64,000 bases of DNA from the NCBI GenBank assembly GCA_038087875.1, contig CM075977.1, positions 283,712,001 through 283,776,000 on the forward strand, read 5' to 3'. The stretch comes from Malacoraja senta. Lineage: Eukaryota. The notes below the pieces were generated by a model, which worked only from the letters and a program-made list of their open reading frames with translations, was not told where the DNA came from and searched no databases. Both the position numbers and the translations under genes were made by a program. How positions within the stretch are numbered: the stretch's first letter is position 1; the number at the start of each line of letters is the position of its first letter. This document shows, in pieces, positions 13,300-26,525 of the stretch.

Positions 13300-14015
13300 C
13301 GTAGTTGTGGCTTTCCCTCGAGGTCGAGGATGATGGTCTATGTTCTGTTGTTTTTATGGACTCTCAGGTGGCTTATGTCCAACCCTGGCTTTGAAAGTTC
13401 TTCGACATTCAGGACAGGTCATTCCAGATGGCAGATCGGGCTTTGGTTGTTGCTGCCTCTCTTTCCGTTTTCTTCTTCTTATAAAATTTCCTTCTAATTT
13501 TGCGCATCTCTTGGCTTCGAAGGTCGCTGTTCCTTCTTGGATGATGGTTCACCAAAGTTTCTTGTCCTTGGCATTGGTTTCCAATTGTCGATGTCGATTG
13601 CGCATTTCTTCATGCTGGCTTTTAAGGCATCTTTGAATCTCTTCTTTTATCCGCCTCTTTTCCGTTTGCCTTCTTTAAGCTGGGAGTTGAAGGTTTGCTT
13701 TGGTAGATGCTCGTCTTCCAACCGAACAACATGACCGACCCATCTTAGTTGGTTCTTGAGGACGAAGGCTTCGATGCTAGATATTTTTGCTTCATTCAGC
13801 ACGCTGACGTTGGTTCTTCTGTTTTCCCAACTGATCGTTGATGGAACTTTTCAAGTGTTTTCAGATGGCGTCGGTATGGTGTCCAGGTTTCTGATGCATA
13901 CAGGAGCGTTGGAATCACCACCGCCTTGTACACTAACATTTTTGTGTCTGTTCGATGCCACGATTTTGAAAGACTCTCGTTCGAAGACGTCCAAAAGCTG
14001 TTTCAGAACTGTGTG
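13300..14015 (-). mobile_element. RTE-clade LINE 3' fragment
   Basis: Minus-strand translation QLRWVGHVVRLEDEHLPKQ...LKEGKRKRGG*KKRFKDALK, typical of the RTE/BovB-like ORF C-terminus. Confidence 0.75.
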
Positions 14016-14125
14016 TAAACCTGCCTCTCAGATCCTCTTTACACCTTCCCCTCCCACTTACACCTACGCCCGCTACTTTTACATTTCTTTCTCACAGGGA
14101 AACCAGTGACAGCCTATCCAGACGC

Positions 14126-14432
14126 CACAGTGGTGCAGCGGTAGAGCTGCTGCCTTTCAGCGCCAGAGACCAAGGTTCAATCCTGACTACGGGTGCCGTC
14201 TGTGCGGGGTTTGCACGTTCTCCACGTGACCACGTGGGTTTTCTTCGGGTCCTCCAATTTCTTCTCACATCCCAAAGACGTGCAGGTTTATGTGTAGGTT
14301 AATTGGCTTCTGTAAATTGCCCCTATTGTATCGGATGCAAAATTGGGATAACATTGAACTAGTGTACGGGGTGATCGCTGGTCATCGCGGACTCGGTGGG
14401 CTGATGGTCCTGTTTCCACGCTGTATCTCTAA
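14126..14432 (+). mobile_element. tRNA-derived SINE
   Basis: Same family as 3193-3487. Confidence 0.8.
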
Positions 14433-17400
14433 AAACTTTTTTAAAAGACTGGTATTTTGTATCTGTCAGAAAATCCCTGCAGCTGACATTTACTACATTC
14501 CTCTGATTATCCTTCTCTATTAATTCATCAACAATTCTGTCAGTTAAGAGCAATTTGTCTTCTTTAACAAATCTCTGCTGTCTGTCTTTTATCATTTCTA
14601 TGGGATTTAATATGCATGGGTGCCCACTATGAACATGGTGGGCCGAATGTCCAGTTTCTGTGCTATACGACTCTGACTCTTTGACACACAGTTCTCCAAA
14701 TAGCCGTTGGTTTTAAATTCTCTATCTCCCCCTTTCCTCCCCCACCTCCCACCCCCTCCCATCTGCATCCCTCCTCTGACCTCTTCTTATCCTCTTTCTT
14801 ATCTCACACTTTTCGTCTTTTCATCTCTAGCCTTTGTCCAACCATCTGCCTGTCAAACTGCTCTTGAGTTACTCCAGCACTTTATGTTTTTTTTGTAAAC
14901 CAGCATCTACAGTTCCTTGTGTCCATCAATTTTTAAAAAATCCTTGAAACATCCTCCACTCCCAGAGTTGAAGTAACAGCCCACCAGGCTGCCCAGAATC
15001 CCCCTTGACCGTCTGAATAACTCCCACATGTCACAGCCCACTGGCAGGCACCTCCTTTGAATCTAAACGACTTGCTTGCTGCGTAGTTTTGCCAAGCTCA
15101 CCCTTTACCTTTAATTGTTCCAACCCCTCCCTTGTAAGCAATTCAGGGAACAGATTCACCAGGTGCTGAACATTGCTGGGGCAACCCCAGAAGTACATAC
15201 GAGTATAGAGTTTACAGTAAGTATAGGCCACGCTTCAGATGTGAACATAGTACACTATCCTGTGGCACACTGCAGCAGTGGCTGGGAATTAATATGTTTA
15301 CTTTAGTTTATCTACCGTTTGCAACTGTTGATCGTGGCAAAAGTTGGAAAATACATGGATCTGATTTGCATCCTATGATGTTAAAATGTTTAGTTTATAA
15401 AATGAACATTTCAGGTATCTGACATAGAGCCATACCGCACAGAAACAGGCCGTTCGGCCCAACTCACCCATGCTGACCAACATGTCCAATCTAAATTTGT
15501 CCCACCTGTCCCATGTTTGCCCCATATCCCTCTAAACCTATCCTACCCATGTACCTGTCTAACTGTATTTTAAATGTTGTTATCGTACCTGTCTCAACTA
15601 CCTCCTCAGGCAGCTCGTTCCATTCAACCTCTGTGTGAAAAAGTTGCTCCTCACGTTCCTATTAAATCTCTCCCCTCTCACCTTAAACTTATGCCCTCTG
15701 GTTCTTGTTCCCCTACTCTGGGTAAAAGTCAACGTTTGATGTTTCTGAGCTCACCTCTTGTGTCTGATTGTGTGCCTGGAAGCTTGTGTGTGTGGAGCGT
15801 TAATGTGAAGTTCAACAAGGGCTTTACTGCCTTCAAGTCAGCTTTAATCAAAATTATTACACAAACCCCAAAACAGCCGCCTTCCACACTCGTTACCCAC
15901 TCCCTGGCCAACCAGAAATAGTACACAAAACCTGTGGCAAATATTGTAGATGAGGCAGCATCTGGGAAGACAGAGACAGTGAACGTATTTTCTCCTGTTT
16001 ATAATAAAAGCAGAAAGTGCTGGAAACACTCAGCAGTTCGGGCAGCGTCCGTGGAGAGGAAAGAAGTTTCATCAGGGGCAAGACAGTGGGGAATGGAGGG
16101 GTGGGCAAGTTGCATTTGTTTCCTCATGTTTCCACCACTGATTGTTGACATGAGAAGTTGCTCCATCTCTCTCTCTCCCACCCCTACGGACGCTGCTTGA
16201 CCAGCTGAGATTTTCCAGCGAGCTGTGTTAATGTGGATTTCAACCAGCTGCGGCTTTGTTGTGAGAACTGCAAATATTTTCCATTGACCAGGTGGAGATA
16301 GAGGCAGGCATTCTCATGCTTTGGTCTGTGGGGCGGCTGGTTTGTGGGTCACAGCAAGCCCATTCAGGCAAAGACCAGCGTAGGGTGAGGAAATTGTTGA
16401 CAGCACTGCTGTGGTTAGGGCACAGTCTCACCCTGCACATTACTTTCATCACTACCTGCTTCATGTTAACCCACGGCTCTGACTGACCCTCAGCTGTTTG
16501 CTCCACAGCCTTCATTCACATGTGCCAAGATAAGTCGGTTTGACAACAGCTTTGCTTAAAACCTTGTCGTTCACCGCAGGGTGTTTGGTGCTAACTAACT
16601 GTGGCTTTGTGTGTTTTATTTATTTGTATTTTATTGTTGTGTTGTAATGCCACAAGTATTCTATTTTCCTGATGAAATTGGGAACCAAATTAGCCGACCA
16701 CACTTGGACAGAACACAGGAGAGCTCATGTTCCCCGTCAGTCCCAGCCATACCTGTAACCAGCACTGGCCACGTTCCTCTGGCCACAGACCTCTCTAATG
16801 GCAGAGCTCCAGAGTCCACGTGGATATGCTATACAGGTGCCATGCACACACTGTGCCTCTCAGAACCATGCCTCCCTCGCATATTCACCCAGCCTTGCTG
16901 GGGAGTTATTTCAGATAAAGAACAGGTATGACTTGTAGTCATACTTGTATGTCAGTGGGCAGATAGCACCGTGGAAGATGTGAGGACTATGGCTCAGTAT
17001 TGTATCAGCATAGTGTAGAGGTCCCTGCTATGAGAGGTTCCCTCTCACTACCTTATCTTCAGTTTGCTCAACTCCCTCTGAACTCTGGCTCTGCTGCCTT
17101 GCTCTGCATCTATTACAAAAACCTCAACCAACACCAAAACAGTCATATTTAAGGAGTATTTAATTCATAAAGTTTGTTTACTTGTGCAGGAGGAAACAAA
17201 TTAGAGTTTGTTGAGGATTGAATTGAAAAGTTCCAGTATTCACATTTAAAAGGCAGTTTAGATCCCCACTTATTCACGCATTTTGGATGTTACAGATTGG
17301 ACAATATGCAGACTGCAGATCGAGAGAGAGATCTGCACAGACCAATGATGGGTAGACTGTGCCAAGAGAGAGCGAGAGGGAGGGAGGGAGAGAGGGAGAG

Positions 17401-18632
17401 AGGGAGAGAGGGAGTGAGAACAGCAGTCTGACGACACACAGCCAGCAGCTGGGTTAGTGCGGGGTTAGAATGCGTGTGAGTGTCTAATATGACACAGGTA
17501 GTGAGTTGCACATGCAGTGCGCTGCACATGCAGTGATGGTGCTGCGTGGGTCCTCCTGTGTCCCTTAAATACCTCCTTAAATGTGATGCAGCTTGTGCGT
17601 GAGGAAGGAGCAGCCGCAGACAGCACTGTGCCTGAGCTGCTGCTCGGAGGATAACAGGTCTCACTACTCAACACACAAGGTGAGACTGGATGGCCTGGTT
17701 TCTCACCATTTTCTTTTGTTATTCCAATTAATAAATAGCTAATATGCAGGGGTGCATTAACATAGCTTCCATGCTCTAGGTTTGTGACCTACTGTGAATG
17801 GGGAAGGTCACCTGGACTGAACTCTGGTCACAGGTAAAGACAACCACTCAGGTTTCCACCACAACTTGTGGACAGACTGCTCGCTTCATTCCCACAAACA
17901 GCACCATGCGGTTTATAATAAACTGTTGTGATGAGCTTCAACTTTCTACTATTCCGCTACTTAAACTGTCTTCTGTAACGAGAATGTTTTGTATCGCTTC
18001 GTGTAAATTAAACCACTTTTTAGCCCTATAATGTGCAGAATTCTTTTGTTCTGTCAATTAAATAAATTATTATATTTGTGAGCGTGTTTCACTAGTTACC
18101 GTCTTTATTGTGGTCAGTGATTATATTTGTGCTACAATGGAACTATTCTCACTGTTCGGAAAAAGCATGAAAAAAACAAATTCAGCATGTAAGGGGGCCT
18201 TTTTAACTACATCCCTTTCCTCACTTTACCAAAAACCAAGACTACACTCCAGCAGCAGCCTCTGCCCCTGGCAGTGTCTGTCAACAGTTTTTATCTTCCA
18301 GTCCCACTTCAGCCTCCTGTGCAAGGCTCCTAATGTTTTGATTTTGGTAAAAGTAGTATATTATTAAATCAATCGTACGCTCTTTATGTTTGGAAGGGCG
18401 AGAGGTGATCTCACGGTATCTCAGGCGGCCTGGTGAAGTATTAATGGAGTGTGTTTCCCCCAGCAAGGGTGTCTGTTTCAGGGACACAACCAGCCAGTCA
18501 GACAAAGATGGGAAGGGATGTCTTCACTCACTCTGTGCATTCTCCAGCCGAGGGTCATGGACATTCAGCTGCTGAGTATATTTACATAGCGGCCCATAGT
18601 AACAAGGGACTTCCCTTTCATTAACAAGGGAA

Positions 18633-18928
18633 GTTTAGTTTAGTTTAGAGATACAGCGCGGAAACAAGCCCTTCAGCCCACTGAGTCCACGCCGACCAGT
18701 GATCTCCGCACACTAACAAGTATCCTACATATACTGGGGACAATTTACAATTAAACCAAGCCAATTAACTTACAAACCTGTACGTCTTTGGAGTGTGAGA
18801 GGAAACCGGAGAAAACCCACGCAGTCATGGGGAGAACGTACAAACCCGGTACAGACAGCACCCATAGTCAGGATGGATCCCGGGTCTCTGGCGCTGTGAG
18901 GCAGCAACTCTACCGCTGCGCCACCGTG
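18633..18928 (-). mobile_element. tRNA-derived SINE
   Basis: (tttag)n tail and reverse-complement head ctctaccgctgcgccaccgtg. Confidence 0.8.
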
Positions 18929-19654
18929 GGAGATAACAGATCAGCACAAGGTGGCATTTGAGCTGTGATGCATTGATTGGGGAAGGAACCCAGGGGCAGA
19001 TCCATCTCCAGGCTACTGGCATTAGGATTCATTCTTTGTAACAACTGAAACATCTATTATTTGGAAACACAGTATATTCATTAAGTTTGAAAATATATTT
19101 ATATAGTGGTTCAATGCTATCACATTCATTTACATTTCCTTTGACCTGCTAAATTCTTATTCCCTACACATGCATGATCAGGGAACGTTCCTTGGACAAG
19201 CCCCCCCTCCCCCCTCTGCTAGGCTGCCCTGGAAGGTTAGATCTCATGGGATCCAAGTCTCGACAGAAGCAACCCTTCAACCTCCGACATTCCAGAGAAA
19301 ACAAATCAAGACTGTCTAACCTCTCCCTGTAGTTAATGCCCCTAATCTCGGCATCGTTCTGGTAAACCCCCACCCTCTCCAAAGCCTCCACATCTTTCCT
19401 GTAATGGGGCGACCAGAACCTCACGCAATACTCCACATGTAGCCGAACCAAAGTGCTATAAAACTGCATCATGACTTCCTGACTTATATTCAATGTCCCG
19501 ACCTATGAAGGCAAGCGTACCGTACGCCTGTGGTGACAAGTGGAGGCCTGTTCCAGCTGCCACAGGCCCAGTAGCACTGATAGAGCCTGTCTCTGATGAT
19601 TAGGTTATGAAAATAAATGATGTCTGCTGATGGTGGTGCAGCTGAACAGGCCGG

Positions 19655-19950
19655 TGGAGCAGTGGTAGAGTTGCTGCCACACAGCGCCAGAGACCTGGGT
19701 TCCATCCTGACTACGGGTGTTGTCTGTACGGAGTTTATACGTTCTCCCTGTGATCACGTAGGTTTCCTTCAGGTGCTCCGGTTTCCTTCCACACTCCAAA
19801 GACGTGCTGGTTTGTAGGTTAATTGGTTCCAGTGGATTGTAAATTGTCCCCAGTGCGTAGGATAGTGCTAGTGTACGGGGTGATCACTGGTCTATATGGA
19901 CTCGGTGGGCTGAAGGGCCTGTTTCTGCATTGTATCTCTAAAGTCTAAAG
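19655..19950 (+). mobile_element. tRNA-derived SINE
   Basis: Same family as 3193-3487. Confidence 0.8.
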
Positions 19951-20309
19951 TTTTCAATCTTCATCTCTGACACTTCCTTCACATGCCAAGAGTGAAGAAT
20001 GTTTGATTGTCAAAAGTACCAGCAACGGAACAATGAACAACGGAACAAGAAGGGTTTCGGCCCGAAACGTTGCCTGTTTCCTTCGCTCCATAGATGCTTC
20101 TGCACCCGCTGAGTTTCTCCAGCATTTTTGTGTACCTTCGATTTTCCAGCATCTGCAGTTCCTTCTTTAAAACATCATAACAGCAGCAGTTTAACGGGCA
20201 CATAAAAACAATAACACACAGATAATAATCAGTAATACAATAAATGGATAAACTTAATCAACACATTGTGGGCTGTTTCTGTGCTGTAATACTAGGCATC
20301 TAATCAAAT

Positions 20310-21120
20310 CACCTATATCAATGATTTGGATGATAACATACAGGGCAAAATTAGCAAGTTTGCTGATGATACAAAAGTGGATGGTTGTGAACAATTGGAG
20401 CAGGATCTGGATCGATTGGCCAGGTGGGCTGAGGAATGGTTGATGGAATTTAATACAGAGAAATGTGAGGTGTTGCATTTAGGGACGTCTAACATGGGCA
20501 GGACCTACACAGTGAATGCTAGGCCTCTGGGGAGTGTTGTAGAGCAGAATGATCCAGGAGTGCAGATGCATAGGTGGAGTCGCAGGTGAGGTGGTCAAAA
20601 AAGCTTTTGGCACTTTGGCCTTCATCAGCCAGAGTATTAAGTATAGAAGTTGGGAGGTCATGTTGCAGTTATATAAGATGTTGGTGAGGCCCCATTTAGA
20701 GTATTGTGTTCAGTTCTGGGCACTATGTTATAGGAAAGATGTTGTCAGGCTGGAAAGGGTACAGGGAAGATTTACAAGGATGTTGCCAGGACTAGAGAAA
20801 GTGAGCTATAGGGAGAGGTTGAGTAGGCTGGGTCTCTATTCCTTGGAACGCAGGAGGATGAGGGGTGTTCTTAGAGAGGTGTACAAAGATTTAATAGGAA
20901 TCTGAAGGGTAGCTTTTTCACACAGAGGGTGGTGGGTGTATGGAACGAGCTGCCAGAGGAGGTAGTTGAGGCAGGGACTATCCCATCGTTTAAGAAACAG
21001 TTAGACAGGTACATGGATAGGACAGGTTTGGAGGGATATGAACTAAACGTGTAGCTGGGACATTGTGAGGGTGAGTTGGGCCAGAGGGCTGTTTCCACAC
21101 TGTATCTCTCGATGACTATG
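20310..21120 (+). mobile_element. CR1 LINE 3' fragment
   Basis: ISKFADDTK and LVRPHLEYCVQFW motifs, with frameshifts. Confidence 0.88.
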
Positions 21121-21157
21121 AGAATAGTGCAAACCCAAAGTCCGTAGTTTATTTTAT

Positions 21158-21413
21158 TTTTAGTTTACAGATACAGAGCGGAAACAGGCTCGTCGGCCCA
21201 CTGGGCCCCTGCTGGCCTAACTAACCCTATACTACACACACTAGGCACAATTTACACATCTTTGGAGTGTGGGAGGAAACAGAAGATCTCAGAGAAAACC
21301 CACGCGGTCACGGGGAGAACGTACAAACACCGTACAGACAGGACGTAGTCGGGATCGAAGCCCGGTCTCTGATGCTGCAAGCACTGTAAATGAACAACTC
21401 TACCGCTGCGCCA
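21158..21413 (-). mobile_element. tRNA-derived SINE
   Basis: Same family, reverse orientation. Confidence 0.7.
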
Positions 21414-21849
21414 TAAGCGCAAGCAAAGACACGGTCCATGGGAGATCACAGTTGCTGAGGTTAGTGTTGTGCAGTGTTTGTTCAACAGCCTGGTGGGGAC
21501 CTGGCCCCCGGTTCCCAACCTCCTGTTGTGGGACTTCCCTGATTCACAGCTCAATAACCCCTCCCTTCACTACACTGGAATGATTTCCCAGGACTAAGAT
21601 AGAGCATCCTGATAGAGCACTGGCCCAGAGTGACGGTCAAAATGCCGTGTATTGCGTTTGACTGGCATTATGAGCTGTGTCCCTGTGACTCTGACCTCTG
21701 CAGACATGTTGCTTCAGCTTTACCCAAATAAACCAGATGCTGGAAAAAACAGGTCAGGCAGCACCTGTAGAACAAGAAGCAGAGTTCACATCTCAGGTTG
21801 AGGTCTATTCTCTCATTCTGCTGATGCACAGAGTTTAATCTAAAAGGTT

Positions 21850-22120
21850 GGGGCGGCACGGTGGCGCAGCGGTAGAGTTGCTGCCTCACAGCTCCAGCGA
21901 CCCGTGTTCCTTCCTGACTACGGGTGCTGTCTGTGTGGAGTTTGTACGTTCTCCCTGTGAGCAGGTGAGTTTTCTTCCAAGCTGCAAAGACGTACAGGTT
22001 TGTAGGTTAATTGGCATGTAAAATTGTCCCTAGTGTGTAGGATAGAGCTAGTGCATGCGGTGATCGCTGGTCAGTGCAGTGGGCTAGCACTATCTGAATC
22101 TGCATGTTCAATCTCTAAAG
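21850..22120 (+). mobile_element. tRNA-derived SINE
   Basis: Head ggcggcacggtggcgcagcggtagagttgctgcc. Confidence 0.8.
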
Positions 22121-23857
22121 TTAATCACCTTCCCCCTCAGATGCTGTCTGATTTGCTGAGTGTATCCATCATTTTCCAACAAGTTTCCAGCATCTACAGT
22201 TGTTCGATTTTCACAACAGCTCAACTGAATGAATTCCAATCTGCAAGCAGTTTAATGAAATGAAATGGGCTGTGAATGTGTGCCCCAGGTGTGTGTGTGG
22301 ACATTTCACCACTGTTGCCCCGCCTGCCTGCACTGTCCGTCTGGCCATGACCTGTGTATACATGTTGCTCATCACTGCTGATCACCCAGCCCTCTGCTCA
22401 GTAACGCGCTACCAATATCGGTGCTCCAGGTTATCATCCATGAAGTGCCAAGTACAAACACAGAAGGACAAAGTAACAGGAACATTTAGGCCGTGGGCTG
22501 AGCATCGAAAAAGCGTCTAGAATTTAACTTCCGTGACCCATATCTGGTATCTACCTGAAATTTGGCACAGATTTAGATAAAATATCATTAAGAAGGAAAT
22601 TTTAACTCGTCAGTGCCAAAAGTTGCACACTAATTAATATTGAAGTGGTTTTATTTTCCCTGTGGGCGAATCACAACCTGATCATTTGAGTGCATTCCGT
22701 CTGGTTTGTTGTTATTGTGCAGTCTGGGACAGGATATTTCTACCGGTCTCACCCACTAATAGGGAGGTTGCACAGCAGTCAAGGTCACGACCTGTTGCCA
22801 CACAACGCCATCTGGAGTACGAGCGGTGAGTGTCAGGTAAGCACTTACTACGGCTGCCAATACAGTGGGCCCAACTCACCGTGGCCAGGGTGGTCGGGTG
22901 GGGGTGGTCGGGCGATCAGGGTGCCGGTGCAGCTCAGTCAGTGACTCTGGGTGGGCGGAGGGACCAGACAGTCCCCAACTCTGCTGCAGCTGACAGGGAT
23001 GTTGCCGGGTTTTCGACCCGTGTGTCCGTTGCCCGGAGCCGCGACCCCGCTCCACCCGGCCCCGTGTGTGGGCGTTGCCGAGCCACAGCCCGTGACAGTG
23101 CGGCCACACAGGGGGAGACGGGGCAGAGGGCGGCCATGGCCGGACAGCGCTGACCCTGGGGGGAGAGTGGGGGATGCGCTCCTTCGGCCGCTTGCACCTT
23201 GGTGCTCGGGTTCAGAGAAAAGATACTAGAGCATTTGGTTCAGATCACTCAGTCACCCTCCACAATTATTTACAGCTCAAAAATTGATCATTTCGACTGT
23301 TTTTAACAGGTAAGAAAGTACGCGTTTCATGTGTTAACAGTGTATGCCGGAGGCTGCCATGTCCTCCAGGAGGATTGAGCTGCTCCGTGCGTCACGCCCT
23401 TTGACCCGATGACTTTACGTGCAACCCCCCTTTCGTTTTTTGTTTGGCCATAATTCACAGCCTCGGCTAAAGCAGGGATGTGTGATTGCTTTACATTGGG
23501 GCCACACATTCTCTCCAAATGGTGTTAGCAGAACGACACAATGGTTGCACCCTGGACACAGGCCATTTGTCCCATCGAGCCCATACTGGCTCCTTAAGAG
23601 ACAATCCAGCAAGTCCCAGAAGCTGTCCTTCTTCCCAAATCTCACCCAGCCCCGAGTGCACGTTACTCTGCCCCCACAACTATGGCAAGAGGCAGCCACT
23701 ATCACAATGTTTAGCAGTGAATGTCGCAACCTTTAAGTCATTTAGATAGGACAGGTTTACAGGGATATGGGCCAAACGCAGGCAGGTGGCACCAGTGTAG
23801 CAGGGGCATGTTGGCTGGTGTGGGCAAATTGGGCCGAGAGCCTGTTTCCACATTGTA

Positions 23858-24465
23858 TGACTGTGACTCTGTCTCTGACTCTGTGTCTCTGTGTCTCTAT
23901 GACTGTGACTGTGTCTCTGTGACTGTGTCTCTGTGACTCTGTGTCTCTGTGTCTCTGTGACTGTGACAGTCTCTGTGTCTCTGTGACTGTGTCTCTGTGA
24001 CTGTGTCTCTGTGACTGTATCTCTGTGACTCCGTGTCTCTGTGACTCTGTGTCTCTGTGACTCGGTGACTGTGTCTCTGTGCCTCTGTGACTCTGTGACT
24101 GTGTCTCTGTGACTCTGTGTCTCTGTGACACTGTGTCTCTGTGACTATGTGACTGTGTCTCTGTGTCTCTGTGACTCTGTGTCTCTGTGTCTCTGTGACT
24201 CTGTGTCTCTGTGACACTGTGTCTCTGTGTCTGTGTCTCTGTGACTCTGTGACTGTGACTCTGTCTCTGTAACTGTGTCTCTGTGTCTGTGACTCTGTGT
24301 CTCTGTGACTCTGTGTCTCTGTGACTGTGTGACTCTGTGTCTCTGTGCCTATGTGTGTGTCTGTATCTCTGTGTCTCTGTGTCTCTGTGACTCTGTTTGT
24401 CTGTGACTCTGTGTCTCTGTGACTCTATGCCTCTTTATTCTGTGACGATGTCTATGACTCTGTGA
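23858..24465. repeat. Compound (tgtgtctc/tgtgac) simple-sequence array expanded from a CR1 3' tail
   Basis: Directly follows a CR1 3' end (23740-23860). Confidence 0.9.
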
Positions 24466-24579
24466 CGACGACCCTGTGGTGTTTCCACATCTTGGAATCC
24501 ACATACAAGGGGGAGTTTGCTTTTGAAGACGTTGATCACCTTGAGATTACAATGTTCTTCGCCTGATAACTCGGCCTGT

Positions 24580-25795
24580 AGTTGGGTGACCAGAACTGCA
24601 CACTGTACTCCAAGTGTGGTCTCACCAGCGACTTGTGCAGCTGCGTCATGATGTCCCAACCTTTGTACTCAGTACTCTTCCCAATGAAGGCAAACGCCTT
24701 CTCCAGCTCCCTGTCCACATCTCTCCACTTCCAGGCAACCATGCACCTGTACTCCCACATCTCTCCACCCTGCAACACTCTCCACAGCTCCGCCATTTAC
24801 TGAGTAAAGCCTTGCACTGCTATGACACACTAAAGTGCAACACCTCAGAATTAAATTCCATTTGCATTCCCAACTGATCTGGATCCCAATTGCCCACACA
24901 GTCTAAAGAGAGTGTATCTGACCCCACAGATGCACGGATCAACCCCTCTGTAAAAACTTTCCCTTAAACACCCTCCCTCTCATCATAAACACGTCCTCTT
25001 GTTTGTGACGCCCCTGTCATGTGAAAAAGTCCCAACCAATGCTTCTTGCCATTTGGTAGCTCAACCATTTACCCCTCAGCCTCTTACACTCCAGAGAGAA
25101 CAAGCCCAGCCTGTGCTGTATGTCTCTGTGAGAGGAATGGTTGGTAACTTGGCTACATCATTGACTAAATCATCGATTCACAGAGGCAGCTGCAAAACTG
25201 ACCTCCCTCTTCCTCTCCTCCACCCTGCCCTGCTTCACCTCCCTCCACCCTTCTCCTCTGCTCTCCCGTCTTCCCCCTCCTCTCCGCCCTCTCCTCCTCT
25301 TCCCCCTCTTCCCTCTCCTCTTCTTGCCTCTCCCACTCCCAATCAAGAGTAAACGATCTATTCCCCTCAGGATTTTATAACCTCATCCTCCTGCGCTCCA
25401 AGGAATAAATTCCTGGCCTGCCGATCCTCTCCCTGTAGCTGGCAACATCCTCGTAAATCTTTTCTGCCGCCTTTCCTGCTTAATTACATCCTTCCTATCA
25501 CAGTGTGACCAAACTGGACACAATACTCCAAGTGCAGCCTTACTAACGTTTTGAAGCATAACACCCAACTTCTATACTCAATACCCTGACTGATAAAGGC
25601 CAGTGTACTGAAAGCCTTCTTGACCACCCTATCTACACTACCTGTGATGCCACTTTCATGGTACAGTACCTGCACCTCTAGATCCCTCTGTTCTGCAACA
25701 CTCCCTAGGGGCCTGCCATTCACTGTGAAGGTCCTAGCCTGGTTTGATTTCCAAGAATGCATCACCTCACACTTACTTTAATTAAACTCCATCAA
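24580..25795 (-). mobile_element. Cluster of degenerate CR1 fragments
   Basis: LVRPHLEYSVQFWSP and VVKKAFSTLAFISQGIEYRS remnants. Confidence 0.7.
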
Positions 25796-26341
25796 AGGTT
25801 GCAGAGTTTCTGAACTGAATCCTTGAAAAGATCAGCTTAAAACGGAGTCACATTTGTGGACAACAACCCCTTATATGGACCAAGGCCCATCGACCCCCTC
25901 CTGACCAAGACCAAAAATAAACTCATCCGGTGATTAGTTTCAAACCATTGAGAAGAGAGTCAGAGAAGATGGTGAAAAGTGTGTGGATAAAATGACCTTG
26001 TACAGTGGTGTAGTGTAGGACTCAGCTCTGCTTTTCTGAACATGTAACTGCGAACAAAGTCAAAATGTGAATAAATAAGGAAGCCTTGAAACCTATCAGG
26101 GGACTCTGTGCCTTATCAAATAACGCGTTCTCACACCATACCTCAGCCCACTTCTTCAGCTGATCAAGATACCATTGTAATTCTTGATAAACATCTTCAC
26201 TGTTTATGAGACCACCTAATTTAGTGTAATTTGCAAATTTACTGGCCACTGTGATACAAGGAACTTCAGATGCTGATTTACAACAAAAGATGCAAAGTGC
26301 TGGAGTAACGCAGCTTCTCTGGAGAACGTGGAATATGTTGA

Positions 26342-26525
26342 GTCTGAAGAAGATTCCCGACTGGAAACGTTCTCCAGAGATGCTGCCTGACCTGCCTGAG
26401 TTACTCCAGCACTCTGTGTCCATGTTCTTCCACAGATGCTGCCTGACCCGCTGAGTTACTCCAGCATTTTGTGTCCATGTTCTCCAGAGATGCTGCTGAA
26501 CCGCTCAGTTACTCCAGCACTCTGG
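26342..26525 (+). repeat. Degenerate hammerhead core followed by 54-bp tandem repeats (Penelope-end derived)
   Basis: Unit ccatgttctccagagatgctgcctgacccgctgagttactccagcactctgtgt, ~3 copies. Confidence 0.75.

Noticed and set aside
23130-23155. REST/NRSE site for the neuronal gene
   Set aside because: Only the right half-site matches; no full 21-bp RE1 was found by eye in the window.
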